Of a stretch of DNA of 39,737 nucleotides, positions 1-12,134 are shown one piece after another. Numbering within the stretch: the first letter of the stretch is position 1; the number at the start of each line of letters is the position of its first letter. Below the pieces are notes generated by a model. It had not been told where the DNA came from, did no database searches, and was given only the letters and a program-made list of their open reading frames with translations. Made by a program: the position numbers and the translations under genes. The DNA is from Octopus sinensis (lineage: Eukaryota), in contig NW_021835532.1 of assembly GCF_006345805.1 (NCBI RefSeq), positions 1 to 39,737 on the forward strand, read 5' to 3'.

Positions 1-138
1 AATTCATTTTGGGACAAGCGATGTACAACAACATCTGATGGTCTGGTCGATACTGGGAATATACACACACGTATATGTTCTTCCACCAGGATAATGTTCG
101 GCCACATACAGCGAGGATGACATTCTAAAGGCTCTCTC

Positions 139-303
139 TTTTACTCTTTTACTTGTTTCAGTCATTTGACTGCGGCCATGCTGGAGCACCGCCTTTAATG
201 GAGCAACTCGACCCCGGGACTTATTCTTTTGTAAGCCCAGTACTTATTCTATCGGTCTCTTTTGCCGAACCGCTAAGTAATGGGGACATAAACACACCAG
301 CAT
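139..303 (-). mobile_element. SINE family A, 3' half
   Basis: Reverse complement of the SINE-A tail (…ggcggtgctccagcatggccgcagtcaaatgactgaaacaagtaaaagag) seen in the full copies at 874, 13500 and 37898. Confidence 0.85.
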
Positions 304-873
304 CGAAAAGAATGATTTGGGTCAAGATGGAAAAGAATGGGGCAATCAACACAGAATTCGAATTTCATTGTGACAAGCGATGTACAACAACATCTGATGG
401 TCTGGTCGATACTGGGAATATACACACACGTATATGTATATATGCATATATGTAGAATGTTGAAAAGTAACACACGAGTTGATAAAATTGATACAAAAGA
501 CAGATACTGTTTTCCGTATTAATCTTTTAAAATATACCTTACATGCACCTTGGAATTCCAGACATAGATCCAATGATGGAGGCACAGTATTGCTGATGAT
601 GCCTGGTAGCCATAAGTGGTGAACGTGCTCTGCAGACACACCCACTGGGACTTACCCTGAAACAAGGTTTAGATATTGCATGTAACACCTATTTTAAAAA
701 CCATAATTCTTTAACTTTATATATATATAAACATACATGAGAGTCCGATGAAGCTATAAGGTGTTACTCAGGCACTCAAGTATGAGTCCAGTGCATCCCA
801 TAGCAGAAACGTCTGTAAGCTAATGAAGTTCATAAGATAATTTTTTTTTTTTTTGGTCATATGTGGCTGTTTT

Positions 874-1277
874 TGTCATATGTGGCTGTGTGGTAAGTAG
901 CTTGCTTACTAACCACATGGTTTCGGGTTCAGTCCCACTGCGTGGCATCATGGGCAAGTGTCTTCTGCTATAGCCTCGGGCCGACCAATTCCTTGTGAGT
1001 GGATTTGGTAGACGGAAACTGAAAGAAGCCTGTCGTATATATATATATATGTATTTGTGTCTATATTTGTGTGTCTGTGTTTGTCCCCCTAGCATTGCTT
1101 GACAACCGATGCTGGTGTGTTTATGTCCCCGTTACTTAGCGGTTCGGCAAAGGAGACCGATAGAATAAGTACTGGGCTTACAAAGAATAAGTCTCAGGGT
1201 CGATTTGCTCGACTAAAAGGCGGTGCTCCAGCATGGCCGCAGTCAAATGACTGAAACAAGTAAGAGAAATAAGAGAG
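874..1277 (+). mobile_element. SINE family A (tRNA-derived, CORE-like), full length
   Basis: tRNA-like head ggctgtgtggtaag…ggttcagtccc, CORE-like tgggcaagtgtctt, internal (TA)n, conserved tail; atatgt lies on both flanks. Confidence 0.9.
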
Positions 1278-1353
1278 ATATGTATATGTGTATGTGTGTA
1301 TATGTACGCGCATGCACACACACACACACACGCGCGCGTGCGCACACACACAC

Positions 1354-1385
<32 letters not shown>

Positions 1386-1392
1386 GTATGTA

Positions 1393-1937
1393 TTAGTTTG
1401 TCCGGAAAGTTCGTGCCGATTTATAGTAGCTTACCTTTCGACTTATTTTAGAACATGGTTGAGTCCATAAAATAGGATTTGACTACACCTCCATTTAGAG
1501 CAAAGTTTAAGCTATCTTTTCGTGGAAGAAGGTTTATGTTCCTATAACCTGTGTTAATTTTGTAACCCTTTAAAATGGAAGATAAGAAAGTTCATTTTCG
1601 GCACTTGATGCTCGGCTGGGATGTGTTACCTCCCTCCCCCCCCCCTCCATATTCACCAGATATTGCTCCATCGGATTTCCACTTATTCAGGTCTCTGCAG
1701 AATAGTCCTAATGGTAAAAATTTCAATTCCTTGGATGACGTAAAAAGATACCTTGATGAATTCTTTGCCATGAAACCACCTCAATTCTGGGAAGAGGGTG
1801 TTTTCAAGTTAAAGGAAAGATGGAGACGCATTATGCAACAAAATGGTTCATATTTGGTTGATTAAAAATGTAATGGCAAGTATTTATTGACCTTTTTCTT
1901 TCTTTAAAAATTGGCACAAACTTTCCGGACAACCCAA
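1393..1937 (+). mobile_element. Internally deleted mariner element
   Basis: 30-bp TIRs (1393-1422 and 1908-1937) flanked by TA. ORF 1575-1865 fuses the transposase N-terminus MEDKKVHFRHLML to the C-terminus containing YSPDIAPSDFHLF. Confidence 0.92.
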
Positions 1938-2299
1938 TAATTATATAGAGGGTAAACAGGGGTTACATTTCCGAGCCAGGGTTTCATTCAATCAAGTCTT
2001 CGGTTCACTGCATCCATCAGTAGATTCAGAGTAGGAATGACTATTAATAATAATGGCTGTGTTAAATTGCGAACGCTGCGGTTTCTTTTCAAGTGAACAC
2101 GTGATCGTTGAAGTCAAATGTTATTAGATCATGCCGCAGGGGGTGTCTTGTTTTGAATTCTCAAGAAAGGAATTTGGGCAAGTAGCAGCGACTCCAAATT
2201 AGCTAGAAAAATAAAAGGGGAAAACAACAACTGTCTGAACTATGATAAATAACTGTTGACTTAACAATCCTGTGATCACTTGATGACAGACGTGATGTG

Positions 2300-2468
2300 T
2301 ATATACATACATACATACATATATATAAATATATATATATATATATGTGTATATATAATGTATGTATGAGTATGTATATATGGTGTGGTGTGTATATATA
2401 TATATGTACATATATGTATGTATATATATATATATGTATGTGGTAATATATAATATATTATATATATA

Positions 2469-2506
<38 letters not shown>

Positions 2507-2530
2507 TATATACGTATGTATGTATGTATG

Positions 2531-2562
<32 letters not shown>

Positions 2563-2656
2563 TGTATGTATGTATGTATGCAGTACGTGAATGTGTGAAG
2601 AAATGTATATTTATATATGCGTGTGTTGTAGCTTGGGAGGGGCCTAAAACTAAATC

Positions 2657-2700
<44 letters not shown>

Positions 2701-2757
2701 GCCCGCATACATGTACATGGTAGATATATGTGTAGATATGCATCTATATGTGTGTGC

Positions 2758-2802
<45 letters not shown>

Positions 2803-2830
2803 GTGTGTGTGTGTGTGTGCACACGCCTGT
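2300..2830. repeat. Compound (TA)n/(TATG)n/(TG)n microsatellites
   Basis: Directly visible. Confidence 0.95.
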
Positions 2831-3124
2831 GTTGTTATATATATATATAAAACGAAAATGAGATAAGTAATATAATTCAGAGTGGCTTTGGCATCTATTT
2901 GAACTATGAAAACGAATAAGGTTCCATTAAACACCTCAAATTGCTTTGTGTATGAAAACTTTCTCCAATTCCAGAGAAGGTAGTACAATCGCCTGGTGGC
3001 AATTAGGAGCAACTCCAAATGAGAAGGGGAGATAACTAAGAATTTTGACATAAAGTTGATAGTTGTGGTGGCGTGTTTCTGTTGGCCTGCTATGTCTGAT
3101 GAAAAACTTTTACATCCAGGAAAT

Positions 3125-3515
3125 GTTGTTGGCACTCCGTCGGTTACGACGACGATAACGGTTCCAGTTGATCCGATCAAGGGAACAGCCTGCTCGTGAA
3201 ATTAACATGCAAGTGGCTGAGCCCTCCACAGACACATGTACCCTTAGCGTAGTTCTCGGGGGATATTCAGCGTGACACAGAGAGTGACAAGGCCGGCCCT
3301 TTTGAAATACAGGTACAACAGAAACAGGAAGTAAGAGTGAGAGAAAGTTGTGGTGAAAGAGTACGGCAGAATTCGCCACCACCCTCTGCAGGAGCCTCGT
3401 GGAGCTTTAGGTGTTTTCGCTCAATAAACACTCACAACGCCCGGTCTGGGAATCGAAACCGCGATCCTATGACCGCGAGTCCGCTGCTCTAACCACTGGG
3501 CCATTGCGCCTCCAC
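3125..3515 (-). mobile_element. SINE family C (tRNA-derived, Arg-like head), tail type 1, full length
   Basis: Head ggaggcgcaatggcccagtggttagagcagcggactcgcggtc…tttcgattccc; tail ends …accgacggagtgccaacaac. Confidence 0.88.
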
Positions 3516-3622
3516 ATACAGGAAATAGTAGAATAATTTATGGCCTGGATAATTTGTATAATTGATATGAAAATGAACGAAGAAAAATAACTGATTAGCT
3601 TAGTGACATGTAATTAAACAGT

Positions 3623-3855
3623 GGCTCAGTGGCTAGGGATGTTGGACTCCTGATTGTAAGATTGTCGTTTCGATTCCTGGACAGGGTGATGTGTTGTGTT
3701 CTTGAACAAAACACTTCATTCACATTGCTCCAGTCCACTCAGCTGACAAAAATGAGTAATCCTGCGACGACCAGAGTCCCATCCATGGCGGATTACATGT
3801 ACAGCGCAGAAACCGATAAACCGGCCTTGTGGGTCTATATGACCCAAGAAGGATT
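3623..3855 (+). mobile_element. SINE family D (tRNA-derived), diverged
   Basis: A/B-box-like gtggctcagtgg…ttcgattcc followed by gtgttcttgaacaaaacactt and cctgcgacg…gtcccatcc. Confidence 0.7.
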
Positions 3856-4781
3856 TATCTATATGTGCATTTGGACAAGGCGACTAAGAGTACACAACAC
3901 ATGCCTGCCAACACAGTACCACCAAGACACTACTACCCATACATTACCACTAGCACTCTACAACCAACACATTACAACTCCTAGCTTACTGACACGTTAT
4001 ATCTCCTCCCGTTCTTCGTTACCGCTACAACATCGGTCTCTGCTCCTCTCTACAAATTGCACTCAAGGATGAGTCCAGTGCATCTTATAGCAGAAACGCC
4101 TGTAAGCTAATTAAGTTCATAAGATAATTGTTTTTTTTTGTCATATATATGTGTATGTGTGTGTATGTACGCGCATGCACACACATACACACACACACAC
4201 ACTCCTCTCTACAAATTGCATATATGCCGATCTCACATATGGTCACCTTATACTGTTGTCTTTGCCCACCACATCGCCCTTGCAGTGCCTCAGCACACCT
4301 TTACCTCATCGAGGAGATACTGTAAAGTTCCTGGCTGGAAGCCTAAGCCTAACCGACCAAGTTATTTTGCAGGGCTTAGAAAAACTGAAGGACCACTGCA
4401 ATAAGTGTGTGAATGTGTAATGAAAATATGTATAAAATCACAATTAACTGATTCTCCTGTATTTTCTTTTACCCAAGGCCAAGAATTATATACACTGGTG
4501 CTTCCAAAATAATTTTCTTTTAACTAAAACCAGGAAATTTTCAGCACACCTTTGTATATCCATTCAGTCAGTCATTCATTCTCCGCTTCGATGACAATCC
4601 TACTGAACAACCCCCATCATCCCGTCCATATTTTTGGCCAACAGACGCACAAGACAGGCTTTCAGATATGCTAATGAAACGTCAACCGCATTAATCTCAC
4701 CAGACTGAGAGAGTAACATGCAGAGGTCAAGGACGATAATTCCTTATAAGGAATAACTAAATCATAATTAGAATTGTTCCT

Positions 4782-5382
4782 TATTTCTTTATTGCCCACA
4801 AGGGGCTAAACATAGAGGGGGCAAAACAAGGATAGACAAATGGATTAAGTCGATTATATCGACCCCAGTGCGTAACTGGTACTTAAGTTATCGACCCCGA
4901 AAGGATGAAAGGCAAAGTCGACCTCAGAGGAATTTGAACTCAGAACGTAGCGGCAGACGAAATACCTGCTTCTTTACTACCCACAAGGGGCTAAACACAG
5001 AGAGGACAAACAAGGACAGACAAACGGATTAAGTCGATTATATCGACCCCAGTGCGTAACTGGTACTTAATTTATGGAGCCCGAAAGGATGAAAGGTAAA
5101 GTCGACCTCGGCGGAATTTGAACTCAGAACGTAACGGCAGACGAAATACCTATTTCTTTACTACCCACAAGGGGCTAAACACAGAGGGGACAAACAAGGA
5201 CAGACAAACGGATTAAGTCGATTATATTGACCCCAGTGCACAACTGGTACTTATTTTTATCTACTCCGAAAGGATGAAAGGCAAAGTCGACCTCGGTGGA
5301 ATTTGAACTCAGAACGTAACGGCAGACGAAATACCGCCAAGCATTTCGCCCGGCGTGCTAACGGTTCTGCCAGCTTGCCGCC
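4782..5382 (-). mobile_element. SINE family B, head-to-tail trimer
   Basis: Three ~180-bp units; only the last retains the complete head ggcggcaagctggcagaa. Confidence 0.9.
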
Positions 5383-5498
5383 CTGTATGTGCATAAATAT
5401 GTGTGTATATGTGCATGTATATATGACATATACAGAAAGGGATGGGTGCAGAGGGGAGCCAGCAATATGCGTATACATTATGTGTGTGCAGCATATAC

Positions 5499-5529
<31 letters not shown>

Positions 5530-5583
5530 ATATATAATATATATATAACGGCATCCCTCATTATAATATATATATACTACCAT

Positions 5584-5621
<38 letters not shown>

Positions 5622-5639
5622 TACTTTTCTATACAGGTA

Positions 5640-5779
5640 TGGCTGTGTGGAAAGAAATTTGCTTCCTAACCACATGGTCCCGGGTTCAGTCCGACTGCGT
5701 AACACCTATAGGCTCGGGCCGACCAAAACCTTCCGAATGGATTTGGTAGACGTAAACTGAAAGAAGCCCATCGTCAATG

Positions 5780-5828
<49 letters not shown>

Positions 5829-5945
5829 CATTCTCAGTCAGCGTTTGACAACCGGTGCTGGTGTGTTTACGTTCCACTAACTTAACTGTTCAGCAAAAGA
5901 AAGCGATAGAATAAGTAAGTACCATATGTACGAGGCTTAAAAGAA
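5640..5945 (+). mobile_element. SINE family A, diverged and truncated
   Basis: Similarity to the full copies, with deletions. Confidence 0.8.
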
Positions 5946-5952
5946 AAGTACC

Positions 5953-6530
5953 TATTTCCTTACTACCCACAAGGGGTTAAACGTAGAAGGGACAAACAAG
6001 GACAGACAAACGGACTAAGTCGATTATATCGACCCCAGTGCGTAAATGGTACTTAATTTATCGACCCCCGAAAGGATGAAAGGCAAAGTCGACCTCGGCG
6101 GAATTTGAACTCAGAACGTAGCAGCAGACGAATTACCTATTTCTTTACTACCCACAAGGGGCTAAACATAGAAGGGACAAACAAGGACAGACAAATGGAT
6201 TAAGTCGATTACATCGACCCCAGTGCATTACTGGTACTTAATTTATCGACTCCGAAAGGATGAAAGGCAAAGTCGACCTCGGCGGAATTTGAACTCAGAA
6301 CGTAATGGCAGACGAAATACTTATTTCTTTACTACCCACAAGGGGCTAAACATAAAAGGGACAAACAAGGACAGACAAACGGATTAAGTCGATTATATCG
6401 ACCCCAGTGCGTAACTGGTACTTGATTTATCGACTCCGAAAGGATGAAAGGCAAAGTCGACCTCGGCGGAAATTGAACTCGGCACAAAGCATTTCGCCCG
6501 GCGTGCTAACGATTCTGCCAGCTCGCCGCC
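5953..6530 (-). mobile_element. SINE family B, head-to-tail trimer
   Basis: Three units with the same junction as the 4782 array. Confidence 0.9.
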
Positions 6531-7519
6531 CTTTAAGTATCGGAGTTGATTTGTTCGGCTAAAATTCTTGAAGGTTTTTTGCCCCAGCATGGCCACGATT
6601 TTGAAACCAACAATTTGAAACCAGTAAAAGATAAAAATTCGACACACATACGAACTCGCGTCTCAATCGATACCCTGACCCCATCGTTTGTTTTTTGTCT
6701 GTCCCCGTATTGTCCCCTCTTTTTCTCAACCTTATGGTGAATAAAGAAATACTCTCTCTCTCCCTCTGTCTCTTTCTCTCACACACACACACACATACAC
6801 ACACACAACAACAACAACAACAGTAAATAAGAGCAACATTAGAAATATTTTAGACCTACCTACCGTCGTTAGTCAAACAAGTTGTCTGCCACACAAATAT
6901 ATATAATATATACTGTAGATATATATATATATTTCCTTTTACTCCAACAAACACCGAAGTGAACCAACGCCCGATTTTCACGGATATGTCTTCACTAAGC
7001 TTTACACTCCACTCGAATTTCACTCAACTCTACAGAGAACGACTCCTACCCAAACTCCACCTCACAACTCCCAGCTACGCGCTTATCGTCTCTCAATCTC
7101 TCCCTTTCCTCTTTTACCATTCCCTTACCCGCCCTCTCCCTTTCTCTCTTTGTCTTTATCTCCCCCACACTCCTTCACTCTCTCTGTTTCTCTCTCTCTC
7201 TCTCTCTCCCCATACAAACTTCACTTTCTCTCTCCCTTCTGTATATATATTACTATACAGTCCGTGCACCCTCTCGTTTTCTCTTGTTTTGCTTTAATTC
7301 ATCTCCCAAACTTTGTTTTCTTCGACAGCCCACCTCTCTTCATCATTTTCTGTATCGTCCTTCCACCGAAACCTTTCTTTCTCACACCTACACACATCTT
7401 ACTCTTTTACACAACACATACACTCTGCCTCACTTTCTCCTGCCACCCTTTTCCTCTCACGCAACACCTCCCACTAATCCCCTCAACTCACTCTTCACCA
7501 TACTTCATAGTATGTATGT

Positions 7520-7540
7520 ATGTATCTATCTATTTATCTA

Positions 7541-7620
<80 letters not shown>
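7520..7620. repeat. (TATC)n microsatellite
   Basis: Directly visible. Confidence 0.97.
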
Positions 7621-7621
<1 letters not shown>

Positions 7622-8290
7622 GTGTCGGTTTATCAGCCGAGTCTATCGTCAATATCGTCACGCCTCCTTCCTTCAAACGGGAAGGAAGAGCTATTTTTAT
7701 CATACTTGTGGCTATGGCGAAAGAATGTATCTGGTGGACACGCCTGAAAGGATTGGAGACAAACACTTTCCTCTCTGGTCAATCTCTCATCAACTTCTTC
7801 AAGTATCACTTGAAGAGGAAAGTGAGAATAGAGAGGCAAGTTTTGTCTAGTGAATGTTTTTAAAAAGATGGGTGAATGTAGCAAGGATGGCACCTATGAA
7901 TGACGAAGCCACCTTGACTATGATTCTATGAACCGTAAAAATTAATACAGAGAGTTGCTTATTTGCAAAAAAAAAAAAAGAGAAATATAACATGTGACTT
8001 CATTGACCGAGGTTACCGTGGTCTTTTCCGTAGGCTTTTCTTTCCACTGGTAAAATCACCTGTCCTCCCCTTTACACTTCATATTGACATTTCTGTGATA
8101 ACGATCCCTATTGATCAAATTTTTTTTCCTTCCCCCCACCTTTTTCTTTTTTTATTTTATTTTATCCCCCCCTTTTTTTGTCCTCTTTCTTTCCATTTAC
8201 GATCCTTTTTGATCGAAAACCAAAAGAAAAGCTCTACCTTGTAATTTTGTCCTGTCTGTGTGCAGCCCTGTGTGGCTAATAAAGAAACAT
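7621..8290 (+). mobile_element. 3' remnant of a Tx1/L1-group non-LTR retrotransposon
   Basis: Translation …VAMAKECIWWTRLKGLETNTFLSGQSLINFFKYHLKRKVRIERQVLSSECF*KRWVNVARM resembles Tx1-type ORF2 C-termini; a ~340-bp 3' UTR ends aataaagaaaca, then (TATC)n. Confidence 0.65.
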
Positions 8291-8300
8291 ATCTATCTAC

Positions 8301-8357
<57 letters not shown>

Positions 8358-8375
8358 CCTCTATCTACCTGTCTG

Positions 8376-8429
<54 letters not shown>

Positions 8430-8460
8430 ATCTATCTATCTATCTATCTATCTATCCATC
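8291..8460. repeat. (TATC)n microsatellite
   Basis: Directly visible. Confidence 0.97.
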
Positions 8461-8872
8461 TCTTTTACTCTTTTACTTGTTTCAGTCACTTGACTGTGGC
8501 CATACTGGAGCACAGCCTTCAGTCGAGCAAATCAAACCCCAGGACTTATTCTTTGTAAGCCTAGTATCGATCCCAGAGCATATTCTTTTTAAGCTTAATA
8601 CTTATTCTATTGTTCTCTTTTGCCGAACCGCTTAGTTACGGGGACGTAAACACACCAGCATCGGTTGTCAAGCGATGTTGGGGGGACAAACACAGACATT
8701 CAAACATATACACACACATACATATATATCTACATATATACGACGGGCTTCTTTCAGTTTCCGTCTACCAAATCCACTCACAAGGCTTTGGTCGGCCCGA
8801 GGCTATAGTAGAAGACACTTGCCCAAGGTGCTACACAGTGGGACTGAACCCGGAACCATGTGGTTCGTAAGC
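8461..8872 (-). mobile_element. SINE family A, near full length
   Basis: Reverse complement of the SINE-A consensus. Confidence 0.88.
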
Positions 8873-9334
8873 TGTCAATAATATAAGAAGACAATGAGCA
8901 CAAAAAGAAGATATGTAAGGGAGGAGGTTTAACAAAGTCGTATCAGCTTAATGCTTAAAGGGAAGGGAAAGAATTTTGACGTTTCGGTCGATAGTCCGTC
9001 ATCTGAAGAAAGAAAACGAAGAATATAAAAGGATTAAATGCGAAAAGATGGCTGGAGAAAAAAATTTAAGAAGCTAGGACTAGATAGGAATGCGGTTTTA
9101 TAGCGGTAAGGGTGAAGGTGTAGGCGGGGTGTTGTGTGCATATATAGAAGGGTATCTGTGTACAGAGATGGACATAGAGAGCGGTGTGTATGTGAGTGGT
9201 GACATGGGGTGCGTGTGGTTTCCTGGCAGGGTTGTATGTAGGCGTGTGGAAGTGTTCAAGTATTGGAGGGTGATGGTGTATGATGTTGGGGTGGATAGTG
9301 TGTAAGTGTAATCGTATTGTATGTGGGAGTAAGG

Positions 9335-9775
9335 AGTAGAGAAGAGAAGGAGAACGAGGGGAGGGGAGGAGGAGAACCAGGGGAAGAGGAGAACGGGGGG
9401 AGGAGGAGAGAACAGGGGGGAGAACGAGAGGGTGGAGGAGGACGAGGGGAGGAAGAAGAGGAGAACGAGAGGGAGGAGGAGAACGAGGGGAGGAAGAGAA
9501 CGAGGGGGAGGAGGAGAACCAGGGGGAGGAGGAGAACCAGGGAGAGGAGGACGAGGGGAGAAGGAAGAGAAGAACGAGAGGGAGGAGGAGAACGAGGGGA
9601 GGAGGAGAACGAGAGGGAGGAGGAGAACGAGAGGGAGGAGGAGAACGAGGTGGGGAGGAGGAGAACGAGAGGGAGGAGGAGGAGAACGAGGGGAGGAGGA
9701 GAACGAGAGGGAGGAGGAGGAGAAGAAGAGAGAGGAGGAGAACGAAAGGGAGGGAGAGAACGAGGAGGTTGTGGT
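9335..9775 (+). repeat. Purine-rich minisatellite (~18-bp gagaacgaggg(g)aggag-type units)
   Basis: Directly visible. Confidence 0.9.
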
Positions 9776-9839
9776 TTGAGTATGAGAAACGTGGTATTTA
9801 AGTAAAAAACACACCTGGAAAATGTATAACAGTAGTGAT

Positions 9840-10620
9840 GCACTTACATACATACATATAAACACATACATACATACATACATACATACATACATACAAA
9901 CATACAAACATACATACATACATATAAACACATACATACATACATACATACATACATACATACAAACATACAAACATACATACATACATATAAACACATA
10001 CATACATACATACATACATACATACATACAAACATACAAACATACATACATACATATAAACACATACATACATACATACATACATACATACATACATACA
10101 AACATACAAACATACATACATACATATAAACACATACATACATACATACATACATACATACAATCCATACATACATACATACACTACAAACTACATACAT
10201 ACATATAAACAACATACATACATACATACAACATACAAACATAATACATACATATCAACACTACATACATACAATAAATACATACATACATACATACAAA
10301 CATACAACATACATACATACATATAAACACATATACATTACATACATAATACATACATACATAATACATACATACATACAAACTACAAACATACATACAT
10401 ACATATAAACACATACATACATACATAAATACATACATACATACATACATACATACATACAAACATACAAACATACATACATACATATAAACACATACAT
10501 ACATACATACATACATACAAACATACATACATACATATAAACACATACATACATACATACATACATACATACATACATACATACATACAAACATACATAC
10601 ATACATATATACATACATAT
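9840..10620. repeat. Long (TACA)n tract with higher-order variant units
   Basis: Directly visible; the motif caaacatacaaac…tataaacac recurs about every 65-70 bp. Confidence 0.95.
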
Positions 10621-11171
10621 TTGGTGGCTGCCCCCTCGTTATCGAGTATGGCCATTGCACGAAGCTTAATCAATGTTGTTATCGTGCAATGCCTGTGCAA
10701 GAAGATTTTTTTAAGTGAGGAAAGGTGTGCGCTGAGTCAATCCCACTCACTAAGCAACAGCAGCCATAATCCGAAAAGAAGAACAAGTCAACATCATCGG
10801 TAACCACTGAGCCGCAGGTTTTATGTCGGAGTTATCCCAGTTACCTGAGTTACCTTCTCCTAGAAGGATGCCCTAACAAAGGCTAGGGGTCCTTCACTCC
10901 CAATGTTTAACTGTGGGGATCGGTATTCAGTCCGATTATTCTATGTCCCCGCACATGATACAGCCTTAAGACATTTATTGGATGGCCGTTGACTCTCAAG
11001 AGTTCCTCCGCCCTTTGACGGGTTTTGTTTTTCATCCCGCAGGGTGTCCAATAAACACCCTCCTCACCAAGCAAGCTTGGTGGGGTTGCCAGTTTAGTCG
11101 CCGACGACCCGACCATGCAACAGGTTGTACTGGGTTACATGCTACCAGTAGCACTCAAAAGTGACCTGACA
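10620..11171 (-). mobile_element. ~550-bp non-autonomous RTE-related element, copy 1
   Basis: Closely similar to 18317-18838; shares 5' motifs with the LINE 5' UTR at 29106-29235. Confidence 0.75.
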
Positions 11172-12110
11172 TAAATATATACATATATATATATACATAC
11201 ATACATACATACATAAATACATACATACATACATACATGCATGCATGCATGCATACATACATACATACATACATACATACATACATACATGCATACATAC
11301 ATACATACATATATGCATGCATGCATACATACATACATACATACATACATACATACATACATGCATGCATGCATGCATACATACATACATACATACATAC
11401 ATACATACATACATACATACATACATACATACATACATACAAGAAGAATGTCATTTCGAAGACTTCAGAGCAAAACCATCACTGGAATTGCAAAAATTTG
11501 TAAACCTTACCAGGATATTATCTCTCAAGTAAATATGCGCATGTCTAGACATGAAACAATGTGCATGAAAATACATGCATAAAACAAATCATGCATGTCT
11601 GCACATGCACTGACTCCAAATACTGCAGATATACACGCATAGATGCACAAATGCCCTGTTGATTTTGTTGAAATTCCAATGGAGGAGCTTTGGGTCTAGG
11701 TTAGAAACCAGCTCTTTCGCTATTGGCAAGAAATTTTGAAATAAAACTCAATAATGACATACATACATACATACATACATACATACATACATACATACAT
11801 ACATACATACATACATACATACATACATACATTCATGCATACATATATATATATATACATACAAACATACATACATGCATACATACATATATACATGCAT
11901 GCATATATACATATATACATACATGCATATATACATATATACATACAAACATACATACATACATGTATACATATATACATGCATACATACATACATATAT
12001 ACATACATACATACATACATACATACATACATACATACATACATAAATACGTACATACATACATACATACATACATACATACATACATACATACATGCAT
12101 ATATACACTG
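11172..12110. repeat. (TACA)n/(TGCA)n microsatellite tracts with short unique interruptions
   Basis: Directly visible. Confidence 0.9.
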
Positions 12111-12134
12111 ACTCCAAATACTACACTAATTTTT

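Noticed and set aside
1975-2025. Hammerhead-like ctgatgg…gaaa on the minus strand
   Set aside because: A9 is altered and there is no NUH or stem III
2650-3180. 176-aa minus-strand ORF
   Set aside because: A composite of SINE-C tail, unique sequence and (CA)n, with no recognisable domain
3440-3515. tRNA gene
   Set aside because: The tRNA-like sequence is a SINE head continuing into a SINE body; the same applies to the other SINE heads
4151-4420. ORF ending GHLILLSLP…VKFLAGSLSLTDQVILQGLEKLKDHCNKCVNV
   Set aside because: No convincing splice acceptor or recognisable family; minus-strand frames contain stops
11085-11171. Twister or HDV-like assignment for the RTE-related 5' motif
   Set aside because: Required pseudoknot and core residues could not be placed; kept only as an unassigned structure
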